IMG/VR virus record: IMGVR_UViG_3300044513_003134
Coordinates: 1 to 29,468 of that record
From: a virus
Taxonomy: Duplodnaviria > Caudoviricetes
Reading direction: 5' to 3' (one strand)
DNA: 29,468 bases
Both the position numbers and the translations under genes were made by a program. Below the pieces are notes generated by a model. The model searched no databases. It had not been told where the DNA came from and worked only from the letters and a program-made list of their open reading frames with translations. Below, piece after piece: positions 1 to 8,243 of this stretch. Numbering within the stretch: the first letter of the stretch is position 1; every line of letters begins with the position of its first letter.

Positions 1-998
1 GTCTGGTTACCAACGATCTCATATCCAGGTAGACCGTCGCCTTGAACAGCAAGAGCGTAACCAGTAGAACCAATACCAATTCTGAATGGACCAGAGTTAT
101 AGGTAAGGATATCACCTTTATTGGTAAGAGCAGCAGCGGAATCACCAGCAGCTAGAGTTTCCCAATAAGTAGTCAGACCGACAATTGGGTTAATATCGGT
201 GAAGGAATTACCAACGGAGAGATAGGAGTTAGAACCATATCTAACAATATGTCCAGGGTGATAAGCAAAGGTTGTGGAGAAGTTGCCAACAAACTTAAAT
301 CCTTGGACGAGAAGGTCCCAGGTCTCAATACCTTGACGAGCTTCGTCACCTTCAGATCCAATACCAACTTGGAAAGGAGAAACGTTAGTTGTAACACCGA
401 CCTTGTGACGGTAAATATTACCACCATACTGAACTAGGTCACCTCTATAGAAAGTGCCTTCGGTGTAGGTTCTTGCAGCACCTGCGAGACCATCAGCAAG
501 GATGGACCACTTTGAATCTGTTCCTATACCTATGTTTTCTGGTGGGTTAAATCCAGCAATAGAGGTAGTAAGTGCAACATAGGAAGAACCGTTGTAGTTT
601 ACAACGTCGCCCTGTTGATACTCAGTACCATTACTCCAGTCACCTTCTGCTTTGAATCCAGCGACATACTCCTGAACTTTCGTTCTATCGATGAAAGTTC
701 CTTCAGAAGTGTGTGCCGCGGTGACACGATATACTACGTTACCATAGGTGACAAGATCGTTTACTCTGTAGTAAGTATCGGTCGTCCAAAGACCTCTGTT
801 CTCTAGACCTTCAATGTGGATATTCCAATTGGAAAGGTCACTATAGAAATCTACAGTGCTTGCGACAGAGGTATGGTTAGCGACCGCTACGTAAGTGTTA
901 CCACCAAACTTAGCGATGTCGTCAATCAGGTAGGATTTGGAAGGCGTCCAGTTGCCTGTCCAGTTGAATTTTACTCTTCCAAGTCTAAACTCAGCCAT
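1..998 (-). CDS. Tail fibre / virion structural protein with CBM5/12-like (W..Y..GD.V.Y.G..Y) repeats; runs off the window edge (3' truncated)
   Basis: Not in the ORF track. I translated it by hand: ATG at 998-996, with AAGGAG about 5 nt upstream, and open to position 1. It reads MAEFRLGRVKFNWTGNWTPSKSYLIDDIAKFGGNTYVAVANHTS...GLWTTDTYYRVNDLVTYGNVVYRV...GDWSNGTEYQQGDVVNYNGSSYVAL...FYRGDLVQYGGNIYRH...AYHPGHIVRYGSNSYLS...LTNKGDILTYNSGPFRIGIGSTGYAL. Confidence 0.88.
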   Translation of the reverse strand, partial: MAEFRLGRVKFNWTGNWTPSKSYLIDDIAKFGGNTYVAVANHTSVASTVDFYSDLSNWNIHIEGLENRGLWTTDTYYRVNDLVTYGNVVYRVTAAHTSEGTFIDRTKVQEYVAGFKAEGDWSNGTEYQQGDVVNYNGSSYVALTTSIAGFNPPENIGIGTDSKWSILADGLAGAARTYTEGTFYRGDLVQYGGNIYRHKVGVTTNVSPFQVGIGSEGDEARQGIETWDLLVQGFKFVGNFSTTFAYHPGHIVRYGSNSYLSVGNSFTDINPIVGLTTYWETLAAGDSAAALTNKGDILTYNSGPFRIGIGSTGYALAVQGDGLPGYEIVGNQ

Positions 999-1002
999 TG
1001 TT

Positions 1003-1009
1003 TCTCCTT
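1003..1009 (-). promoter_or_regulatory. Shine-Dalgarno site (AAGGAGA) for the tail-fibre gene
   Basis: Plus-strand tctcctt lies just upstream of the ATG at 998 on the minus strand. Confidence 0.75.
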
Positions 1010-1016
1010 TTAATTA

Positions 1017-1421
1017 TTATTTTGGTCCGATAGAGTTGTAATCATAATCTGGTCCGTTGAACCTGATGACGAAAAAACCATCATCATCTATGTAATAGTA
1101 GAGGTTCCTTCTGTCAAAGCGGATCTGTTGATATTTATCATTCGGATCATCTAAAGCTTTCTTCTCGGTAGCAATGTCATTTCTAATGACCGATGTTTTT
1201 CCAACACCTGCATCATATGTACCGTAGTCAATACCATCACCAAACTCAGGAACACCAGTTCCATCTGCACGGTAAAATTCGCCAAGTTCAGTTCCTGCAG
1301 CACTAACCTTGGCGAGATATAGCATATTTTCTGCATCTCTTCTCAATGCATATACGAAAAAACCAGAAGATTCTGATGGTAAAAACTCACCAGAAATTGA
1401 ATTACTTAGGGTTAATGCCAT
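1017..1421 (-). CDS. Conserved hypothetical phage protein (134 aa), probably virion-associated
   Basis: Its ATG lies 2 nt after the upstream stop, it fills the gap between two fibre-type genes, and its composition is protein-like (FFVYALRRDAENMLYL...YQQIRFDRRNLYYYIDDDGFFVIRFN). Confidence 0.8.
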   Translation of the reverse strand: MALTLSNSISGEFLPSESSGFFVYALRRDAENMLYLAKVSAAGTELGEFYRADGTGVPEFGDGIDYGTYDAGVGKTSVIRNDIATEKKALDDPNDKYQQIRFDRRNLYYYIDDDGFFVIRFNGPDYDYNSIGPK

Positions 1422-1423
1422 GT

Positions 1424-1882
1424 TTAACTGCCTCTGTTGTTAAAGACTTTCCATAATGAACCATTCCAAATAAATGTTACGGATGCACCAGAAACGTCCA
1501 TAATAAAAGGACCTTCTTCTCTTACCAAGTGACCATTTTCAAATTGATAGGTAGACATGATGTTAACTGGGTTGATGCTCATAAAGTTAGCAAAATCTTC
1601 AATCCACACCCAGTCACCAACCGCTCTAGGAGTTGGTAGAGTGATATCAAAACCACTTGGTGCATTTGTAGAATCTACTGTGTACTTTTGGTTGGTTCCT
1701 GCAGTATAGTTTCCACTAATAAATGTCCATCTGGACTTTGTTAATTCAAATCCACCAGGAGTTACCCCATCATGAACGACAGCAACATTTTTGTCAGTGT
1801 CAACAGTAATCTCAGCAAGAGCTCCAGTGAACGTAAAGTGTTCAGCGGTAGTTCCCTTTCTAAATTGTACCTGTTTTGTCAT
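1424..1882 (-). CDS. Small fibre/adaptor protein: Mtd_N (major tropism determinant N-terminal)-like domain plus a T4 gp34-like repeat
   Basis: The N-terminus QVQFRKGTTAEHFTFTGALAEITVDTDKNVAVVHDGVTPGGFEL matches the Mtd_N-type pattern. The C-terminal half (YTVDST...ITLP..RAVGDWVWIED...INPVNI...VTFIWNGSLWKV) resembles proximal tail-fibre repeats. It has its own late promoter. Confidence 0.8.
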   Translation of the reverse strand: MTKQVQFRKGTTAEHFTFTGALAEITVDTDKNVAVVHDGVTPGGFELTKSRWTFISGNYTAGTNQKYTVDSTNAPSGFDITLPTPRAVGDWVWIEDFANFMSINPVNIMSTYQFENGHLVREEGPFIMDVSGASVTFIWNGSLWKVFNNRGS

Positions 1883-1915
1883 GATTCAAAACTCATGAAC
1901 GGTATGCTTCTGAGT

Positions 1916-1923
1916 TATTTATA
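1916..1923 (-). promoter_or_regulatory. T4-type late promoter TATAAATA
   Basis: Plus-strand tatttata sits in the intergenic gap, about 34 nt upstream of the 152-aa gene start. Confidence 0.85.
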
Positions 1924-1928
1924 CAATT

Positions 1929-4900
1929 TTAGATGATGACTACGTAAGTTCTAGCTTCTTCGAATCTAAGAATCTCAGTTTGAGCAGCAGCAAAGAAACC
2001 GAACTGACCGATTCCGACATAAGTTGCTCTCGCGAATGCTTCGTCGCCGCTGGAAAGTTTGAATAGAGTTCCAACTCCGACAACTGGTGGGAATGCTCTT
2101 GCTGGTTGTGCAATTCCGCGAATCTTGAATAGACCCGTACCTGTAATTGCAGGAGTGAAGTCCACTTCTGGATGAACCAGAGGTCTTCCAGAAATTGTAA
2201 TTTGACCCGAAGTGCCTGGATCGCGGTCGTCTCCGTAGTATCCGTAGACGGCAATTTCTCTGTCTTCGGAAGCTCCCGAGATCGTAAGTGTACCAGAGGT
2301 TCCTGGGTCGCGGTCGTCGCCATAGTATCCGTAAACGGAATTGAGAGCGGTTTCCGCAGAACCACCAGTTTGGAAGAGAATTGTATCCTCGCCCGCGCCA
2401 CTGACAAATTTCTCTGTTGCAGTACCAGATAGAGTTGCAGTTCCACGACCAACAACTGCTGGATTGAATTTCTGGATTGCGGCACCAGAGAATTCGTAAA
2501 GTCCCGTTCCACCAAACGCAGGAGTGAAGTCGATGTCTGGATGAGTGAGTTCTCCAGAAATCGTGAGTGTTCCAGAAGTGCCAGGATCTTTGTCGTCTCC
2601 ATAGTATCCGTATACTGCAATCTCTCTGGTGAGAGCAACACCAGAAGTATTGAACAGAATTGTTCTGGTGGCAGATGGAATGACAATTGCTTCTGCAGCA
2701 CCACCAATAATACTGAATGTTCCACCAGCAGGAGAAGTGAGACTGATTCCAGATATCGACTCGAACGAACTTCTGAGAGTAATCGTTCCACCAAAGTCTG
2801 TAGTGAGAAGAAGGGATTTCTTCGCTTCGCCAGAAATTGTAAAGAGTTGAGTATCTTCTGGAGTTTGTGCAACGAATGCTTCTGTTGCAGATCCAGAAGC
2901 AGTAATAGATCCACCGCCAACTTCGGAGAATGTATTTCTCTCGACGAGAGAAGCAAACTTGAATAGTTTTCCAGAACCAATTTCTCTGGAGGTGGTTTTT
3001 TCGATGTGTCCGCCACTGACAGAGATTGTACCAACTGCAATCTCTTCGATAATTGTTCTTTCGAGAGTTTCGTTTTTCTCGGTTCTGATGCGGATGATTC
3101 CAGAAGCACCAGGATCTGCATCGTCTCCATAGTATCCATAGACACGAATTGGAGCAGTTTCTGCAATTCCCTTGAAGGAGAATAGTCCAGGGCCACCACG
3201 AGCAGTTGCAGGAATAAAGCGTTCCTTACAACCAAACTCGACGCCATCGAGATCTCCTCTTCCAGTATCAGGATCAATAACACCATTTGCGCCAGTACCG
3301 ATACCAAGAATGTAGATAGTACCATCGGTAAGAATAGGAGCATTGGTACGACCAATTGCCTTACCTTTGAGTATGATTGGACCAGAATCACCAGGATATC
3401 TGGGAAGGAATCTGGCAGTAACGATACCAGGATTGCCATATTCTCCAGTAGGAGATCCAGGCAAGAATGTAAATCCAGTCTCGATACCGATATTTCTTTC
3501 GATACCGTAGTGTGGAGTGTAATCGATATTTGGATGACGAAGCTCTCCAATGAGACGCATCGTCGCCTTTGTGGTGACAGCTGCAAATGTTGCAGCCAGA
3601 TCGGTGTAAGCACCACCAACAATATGGAGATATGTGCCTTCTGGTGGATCCATGCTGGATCTTTCGATCGCAGTACCAGAAATACTGATAACGCCTTCGA
3701 ATACTTCTTCGAATCTGACTCTCTCGACAAGAGTTCCACTGAAGGTTGCAGTACCAACGCCAACTTGATCTGCAGTAAAGGATTCTTTGAGAGATCCAGC
3801 AATCGTGAAGAGTTGGGTGTCTTCTGGAGTTTGTGCAACGAATGCCTCTGCAGCAGAACCACCAACACTGAATAGTTGTGTGGAATCTGGTGTATCGAAG
3901 GCAACTTTCTCGACTGCTGCGGAACCAGCAATTTCGACAAGAATAGAACCTTGACCAGGATATTCTGGAATCCACTGAGTGCGGAGTGCTTGGGACTTGA
4001 AGGTAAATGCAACACCAGTGGAAAGTGAGTATCTTGTAGGTTGTTGAGAGGATTCGTTAATCCAACCAGCATCCTCATATCCCTGATTGATTCCATCCTG
4101 ATCGAGGAATCCAGTGAAGTTAGGATACAGATATTGGTCATAAGCTGGACCACCAACAAGAGGAATACCCTCAATTGTGCCGTAATCTTCAGAGTTGAAG
4201 GTGTTGGAGAAGTCGGATTCAAAGGAATCAGTCTTATCGAACGATGGAACAACGTTCTCTCCACCAGAACTTTGATCCCAAGTTAGACCGCTGTTGCTGA
4301 AGAGTACGTCTTGGTCATAAGTATTGGTCTCATCGTCGAAGGTTTCAGCATTAGTTGCGAGACCTTGTGCAGAAAGATCGAGACCGTATACTGGACTTCC
4401 AAGAATGCTGCCATAATCGACATCTTCCTGACCATACCAGATAGAAGACTGGTTGTAAGAATCTGTCTGTTTCTCGCCTGTTGCTCCACCAACAAGTTTG
4501 AATACACCACCAAACTCATCTTCTGGTGTGTCAATAATTCTGATATAAGTTTGACCCTCTTCTCTACCTTGTCTGAGGGTGATAGTACCAGATCCCTTAG
4601 GTGCAGGTGTGAATGCAACATCAGCAATTCCACCAATGTATACGTCACCAACTTCAACATCATCTGCAGTGAAGGATTCAACTTGAGCAGATCCAGAAAT
4701 GACACTGAAGTTACCAACAACACCTTGAGGTTCAATGAAGGGAACAAATGCCTCTTCTTTGGATCCACTGAGAGTGATTCCACCTTCGAGACCGAATACG
4801 GTATGTTGTGGGGCCTGACTGAACCAGTTGTAACCGAAGATGTTGATACCAGCCTTGTAAGTGGCAATACCAGTAATACCAGAGGTAACATACTGGAATG

Positions 4901-7106
4901 TCTTCTCTGGAAGACCACGATCGGAAAGAGTGAGGGTGACAATTCCAGCAACTTCTGTCGTATCGATAATAAGTTTCGAAGTCGATACTGAGAACGTATC
5001 GAGACTTGGATAATGTTGTCCACCGATCTGAATGTAGTTGAAGGCAGACTTGACATCTCCAAATACGTAAGCAGTTGTTGCGGTTTCTCTGACGTAACCC
5101 CAATCTTCGTATCCGTAAGGAGCAGGATCTGGTGCCTGAGCAATGAATCCCCAATCTTCTGGTGGGAGAATAACATCGCCCTTCGAAGATCTGAAGTGTG
5201 GAACAAATACCGTTGCAGTTGGACCTACTGATTCTCCAGTAATATTGAAGAGAGCAGTTGTTTCGTTGCCGAATGCAAGACCAGGATCCGCAGTCGCACC
5301 AGTAAATCTGAATGTTGCAGTGTTCTCCTCTGCAATAACAGATAGAGATGCAGCAGCAAATCCAGTTGGTCTGAATGTACCTTTCCTGTCTCCAGTTTGA
5401 ATCTCAATTCTATCAGCGGCACTACCAGTAATCTCGAAGAGACCAGTTCCCTCAACTTCAGCAGGAACAAAGGATTCTTCTGCAGATCCGCTGAACTCAA
5501 ATTCTCCCTCTAGACCAAATACTCTACTTTGTGGAGCCTGACTGAAGAAGTTCTCACCAGTAATATTGATTCCACCAGTTGCCTCATGGGCATAGGTGAG
5601 AAGTTCAGGTTCAGTGGTGCTGAGGGTAAAGAGAAGTCTACCTGTTCCTGGTAGTTGATCAACATAGATTTCTCTATCAACTGCAGCAGTTCCAGTTGCC
5701 TGATATGCATGGGCAAACAGACCACCACCGAGTTTTCTGAGCAGTTCACCATCATCCTGAGACTCGATGGGTAGAGTCTCAACAACTCGGTGAACAATCT
5801 GAGTAATACCATACTGATCAAAGTTAGATCCAGTAGAGTTGTTTTGATATACCCTAATTCTCTGATTAACGTTCTGTGCTTCTGCAGGTAGATTGACAGT
5901 TGTAGTTTTTAGTGTATCGAATGTGGTATCATTCCAATCAACTAATCGACTGTCGCCAACACTTGGGGAATTGCCTGGTATGGTGGTCCAGCTAGTTCCA
6001 TTCCAATACTGGAGATATAGATCCTCATTTGGATCTGGTCTTTCTCCACCATTACTAAAGTTACCTCTGATAATATCAAAGGAAATATCGGGGGAATTGG
6101 ATGTATCGAGAGTGAATTCTACATAACGGAAGTTGGTATCATTACCGAACTTGATATGTCTACCAACATTAAATCCACCATAATTTCCAGTTCCAGTACC
6201 ACCATCAGAAACGAATGTTCTGAAGAACGAACCGTTGTAGAGAGCTGCGAGTTCGTCTGGGAAGATGGTCCTGATAGCTGGGACCTGTCTAGTCGTCTCA
6301 GTAATGACACCATAATCAAGGAACTCAACCTGATCCGCATCACTAAAGGATCTATCCTTAGCCTGAGTAATCGTTTTATCGAAGGATAGATCAGAGCTAG
6401 AGAAGTCAGATCCTTCGATATTAGTGATAAATCCATAATCATCGAGGTCAAATACCTCGTTACCATCAAGTCTGTAGTGAGTGACTGTATTTTCAGGAGC
6501 AGTGCCCTTAATTTTAAGGACATTCTTAACAACGGGGATGTAGTCGTCTGGGAATTGTTGGGAGTTATATCCAGTTACCGTTAAGGTTCCAGAGCCAGCA
6601 AATGGATATCTATTAAACTTGAATGTCGCTGCATCGTCGGAGAGTTGTGCAAGCGTTCCAGATCCAACCTCGCTGTAAGTGCGTACAGGTACGTCACTAC
6701 CGCCATAAATGGTGGGAGATGGTCCTGCCGCTCCAAGATCGGGTACAACCAGTCGTTCGAGACCACCACCGATCTCAAATAGACTGCCAGAACCAACCCA
6801 TACGGGTGTGAAGGCCTCCTCTGCGGTATCTTGGATACCAAATAGTACAGTATTGTCGATATGGGGGACGTAGGCGGTTCTAGTACCACCACCGTTCATT
6901 CTACCAATTACACCGAATGGAGCTACATCTCCAGTGTATCTGATTTCCCCATAATAATGTGGGTTAAAATTATCTGCGTCTCTATCGTCGTCGGCCGGTG
7001 CCGTAATGCTGCCATGATCCACCAATGTTGCAGAAGCCGTTACCAAACCTCTATCTTCTGCAACAAATATGTCTATCTTCGTATTGTCATATACGTAGAC
7101 TGTCAT
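1929..7106 (-). CDS. Large acidic Gly/Thr-rich virion structural protein (1725 aa) with ~20-aa beta-strand repeats, D[YW]G motifs, YGYYGDD repeats and a Reelin-like insert; putative fibre scaffold
   Basis: Long ORF in the structural operon whose internal repeats differ mostly at synonymous positions. Confidence 0.85.
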   Translation of the reverse strand: MTVYVYDNTKIDIFVAEDRGLVTASATLVDHGSITAPADDDRDADNFNPHYYGEIRYTGDVAPFGVIGRMNGGGTRTAYVPHIDNTVLFGIQDTAEEAFTPVWVGSGSLFEIGGGLERLVVPDLGAAGPSPTIYGGSDVPVRTYSEVGSGTLAQLSDDAATFKFNRYPFAGSGTLTVTGYNSQQFPDDYIPVVKNVLKIKGTAPENTVTHYRLDGNEVFDLDDYGFITNIEGSDFSSSDLSFDKTITQAKDRSFSDADQVEFLDYGVITETTRQVPAIRTIFPDELAALYNGSFFRTFVSDGGTGTGNYGGFNVGRHIKFGNDTNFRYVEFTLDTSNSPDISFDIIRGNFSNGGERPDPNEDLYLQYWNGTSWTTIPGNSPSVGDSRLVDWNDTTFDTLKTTTVNLPAEAQNVNQRIRVYQNNSTGSNFDQYGITQIVHRVVETLPIESQDDGELLRKLGGGLFAHAYQATGTAAVDREIYVDQLPGTGRLLFTLSTTEPELLTYAHEATGGINITGENFFSQAPQSRVFGLEGEFEFSGSAEESFVPAEVEGTGLFEITGSAADRIEIQTGDRKGTFRPTGFAAASLSVIAEENTATFRFTGATADPGLAFGNETTALFNITGESVGPTATVFVPHFRSSKGDVILPPEDWGFIAQAPDPAPYGYEDWGYVRETATTAYVFGDVKSAFNYIQIGGQHYPSLDTFSVSTSKLIIDTTEVAGIVTLTLSDRGLPEKTFQYVTSGITGIATYKAGINIFGYNWFSQAPQHTVFGLEGGITLSGSKEEAFVPFIEPQGVVGNFSVISGSAQVESFTADDVEVGDVYIGGIADVAFTPAPKGSGTITLRQGREEGQTYIRIIDTPEDEFGGVFKLVGGATGEKQTDSYNQSSIWYGQEDVDYGSILGSPVYGLDLSAQGLATNAETFDDETNTYDQDVLFSNSGLTWDQSSGGENVVPSFDKTDSFESDFSNTFNSEDYGTIEGIPLVGGPAYDQYLYPNFTGFLDQDGINQGYEDAGWINESSQQPTRYSLSTGVAFTFKSQALRTQWIPEYPGQGSILVEIAGSAAVEKVAFDTPDSTQLFSVGGSAAEAFVAQTPEDTQLFTIAGSLKESFTADQVGVGTATFSGTLVERVRFEEVFEGVISISGTAIERSSMDPPEGTYLHIVGGAYTDLAATFAAVTTKATMRLIGELRHPNIDYTPHYGIERNIGIETGFTFLPGSPTGEYGNPGIVTARFLPRYPGDSGPIILKGKAIGRTNAPILTDGTIYILGIGTGANGVIDPDTGRGDLDGVEFGCKERFIPATARGGPGLFSFKGIAETAPIRVYGYYGDDADPGASGIIRIRTEKNETLERTIIEEIAVGTISVSGGHIEKTTSREIGSGKLFKFASLVERNTFSEVGGGSITASGSATEAFVAQTPEDTQLFTISGEAKKSLLLTTDFGGTITLRSSFESISGISLTSPAGGTFSIIGGAAEAIVIPSATRTILFNTSGVALTREIAVYGYYGDDKDPGTSGTLTISGELTHPDIDFTPAFGGTGLYEFSGAAIQKFNPAVVGRGTATLSGTATEKFVSGAGEDTILFQTGGSAETALNSVYGYYGDDRDPGTSGTLTISGASEDREIAVYGYYGDDRDPGTSGQITISGRPLVHPEVDFTPAITGTGLFKIRGIAQPARAFPPVVGVGTLFKLSSGDEAFARATYVGIGQFGFFAAAQTEILRFEEARTYVVII
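2190..3146 (-). repeat. Four coding repeats VYGYYGDD[RKA]DPG[TA]SG
   Basis: Copies at about 2205-2255, 2285-2337, 2565-2620 and 3097-3145. The amino acids are nearly identical while third codon positions differ. Confidence 0.9.
2854..3845. repeat. 26-nt exact direct repeat within the duplicated peptide AFVAQTPEDTQLFTI
   Basis: tcttctggagtttgtgcaacgaatgc occurs at 2854-2879 and 3820-3845. Confidence 0.85.
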
Positions 7107-7128
7107 AGTTTAGTGAATCATTTTGATT

Positions 7129-7161
7129 AAAAGGGGATTGCCTCATAATAAAGCAATCCCC
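7129..7161 (-). terminator. Intrinsic (rho-independent) terminator between the 335-aa and 1725-aa genes
   Basis: The minus strand reads GGGGATTGC-TTTATTATGAG-GCAATCCCC-TTTT: a perfect 9-bp GC-rich stem (11 bp with one G-U pair) followed by a short U4 tract. Confidence 0.85.
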
Positions 7162-7192
7162 ACCATGACAAATATTCTATTGTATATATGTA

Positions 7193-8200
7193 TCAGTCAA
7201 GTGCGACGTTCAGAGTGATCTTGATCTGGTCACCGTTGTTCTGAATGTTGTAAGGACCATTCGTGAATCTCTCAGCATACATGATGCTGGAGTAGAGAGT
7301 AGCGGTGTTTAGACCAAGTACACCGTTCGAGGTAGCAGTCAGTGCAGGAGTTGTGTAGAACTCATCTGCGTTAGGTACATCGAAGACCGTGTATACGTTG
7401 GACTCAAGAGTGGTGTTACCAGCACCAGCAGCAACGTAGAGAACGTCACCCTTCTTAAGACCGTGATTAGTAACGTTAATCTTACCGAAACTGAAAGAAA
7501 TACTTGGGTCAGTTGCAGCCTGAATGTTGTCGATAAGTGGCTTGTCGATATAAACAACTTGAAGTGCTCTATCGATACCAATGATCTTAGTTCCTGTTGC
7601 AATACCGATGTTGTCACCACACAGGGTGCCGAGAGTTAGGTCATCGACGGTGATCTGTGGGTCAACAATGAAGTAGGAGTTACCAACAACGCCGATGCAA
7701 GGATCACTGTTGTTACCCTTGGAAACGGTTGTTCCGATACCAACTCCAGCAGCGTGCTCAACACCCTGTACTGCAACAGGCATGTTGTTTGCTCTGGTTA
7801 CATAGTAACCATAGATGTTACCTGCAGGACCAGTAAAGGTGAAGGTCTGTTCTGGATAGGTTGCGGTTGTACCACTACCAACGTTCTTAATAACCCAACG
7901 AGATCCGTTTAGAAGAATTCCGTACTGTTGAGTATAATCCTGATCGGTTCTGTTATTTACGCAGTTAGGATAACCTGTGTTTGCAGTAGTTCCGTAACCA
8001 TTGACGTTACCATCAATATATGGCTCGAAATATGCAGAGGCGGAAGGTACATCACCTTCAGCTGGGGTGGTGTTACTCGTATAAAGCTTAAGTACGAGAT
8101 TTCTTGGTGAGGTATCTTCTAGGTCTGCAACGAAGTTATTCTGAGCAATCAGATAACGGAGAGACTCAATTTCACCAATATTGGGAACTAGTAATGCCAT
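7193..8200 (-). CDS. Virion fibre subunit (335 aa); core resembles Gp80-like neck/tail fibre subunits, with an internal insertion
   Basis: The core pattern LKLYTS...GY...W...ATYPEQTFTFTG...IYGYYV...YAERF...IQNNGDQIKITLNVALD is recognisable. An insert of about 165 aa includes an HGLKKGDVLYV module. The gene has its own late promoter and terminator. Confidence 0.75.
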   Translation of the reverse strand: MALLVPNIGEIESLRYLIAQNNFVADLEDTSPRNLVLKLYTSNTTPAEGDVPSASAYFEPYIDGNVNGYGTTANTGYPNCVNNRTDQDYTQQYGILLNGSRWVIKNVGSGTTATYPEQTFTFTGPAGNIYGYYVTRANNMPVAVQGVEHAAGVGIGTTVSKGNNSDPCIGVVGNSYFIVDPQITVDDLTLGTLCGDNIGIATGTKIIGIDRALQVVYIDKPLIDNIQAATDPSISFSFGKINVTNHGLKKGDVLYVAAGAGNTTLESNVYTVFDVPNADEFYTTPALTATSNGVLGLNTATLYSSIMYAERFTNGPYNIQNNGDQIKITLNVALD

Positions 8201-8243
8201 CGAAACAACTCCTTGTGGGGGTTAGACTTTTAAGAACTATTGT

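Noticed and set aside
1424-1882. Diversity-generating retroelement suggested by the Mtd_N-like domain
   Set aside because: I saw no reverse transcriptase, no C-type lectin variable domain and no template/variable repeat pair differing only at adenines in this window.
2190-3146. CRISPR-like array or DGR TR/VR pair among the YGYYGDD repeats
   Set aside because: Spacing is irregular, the copies are in frame within a CDS, and differences are mostly synonymous rather than adenine-specific.
1940-4264. 774-aa alternative-frame ORF as a real gene
   Set aside because: It lies entirely inside the 1725-aa gene and has the Leu/Val/Ser-rich composition typical of a +1 shadow frame. In the repeats, conservation follows the main frame.
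7172-7192. ATATATA upstream of the hairpin as a late promoter for the 1725-aa gene
   Set aside because: It is not a consensus match, and it lies upstream of the terminator, so it would not bypass it. It cannot be supported from sequence alone.
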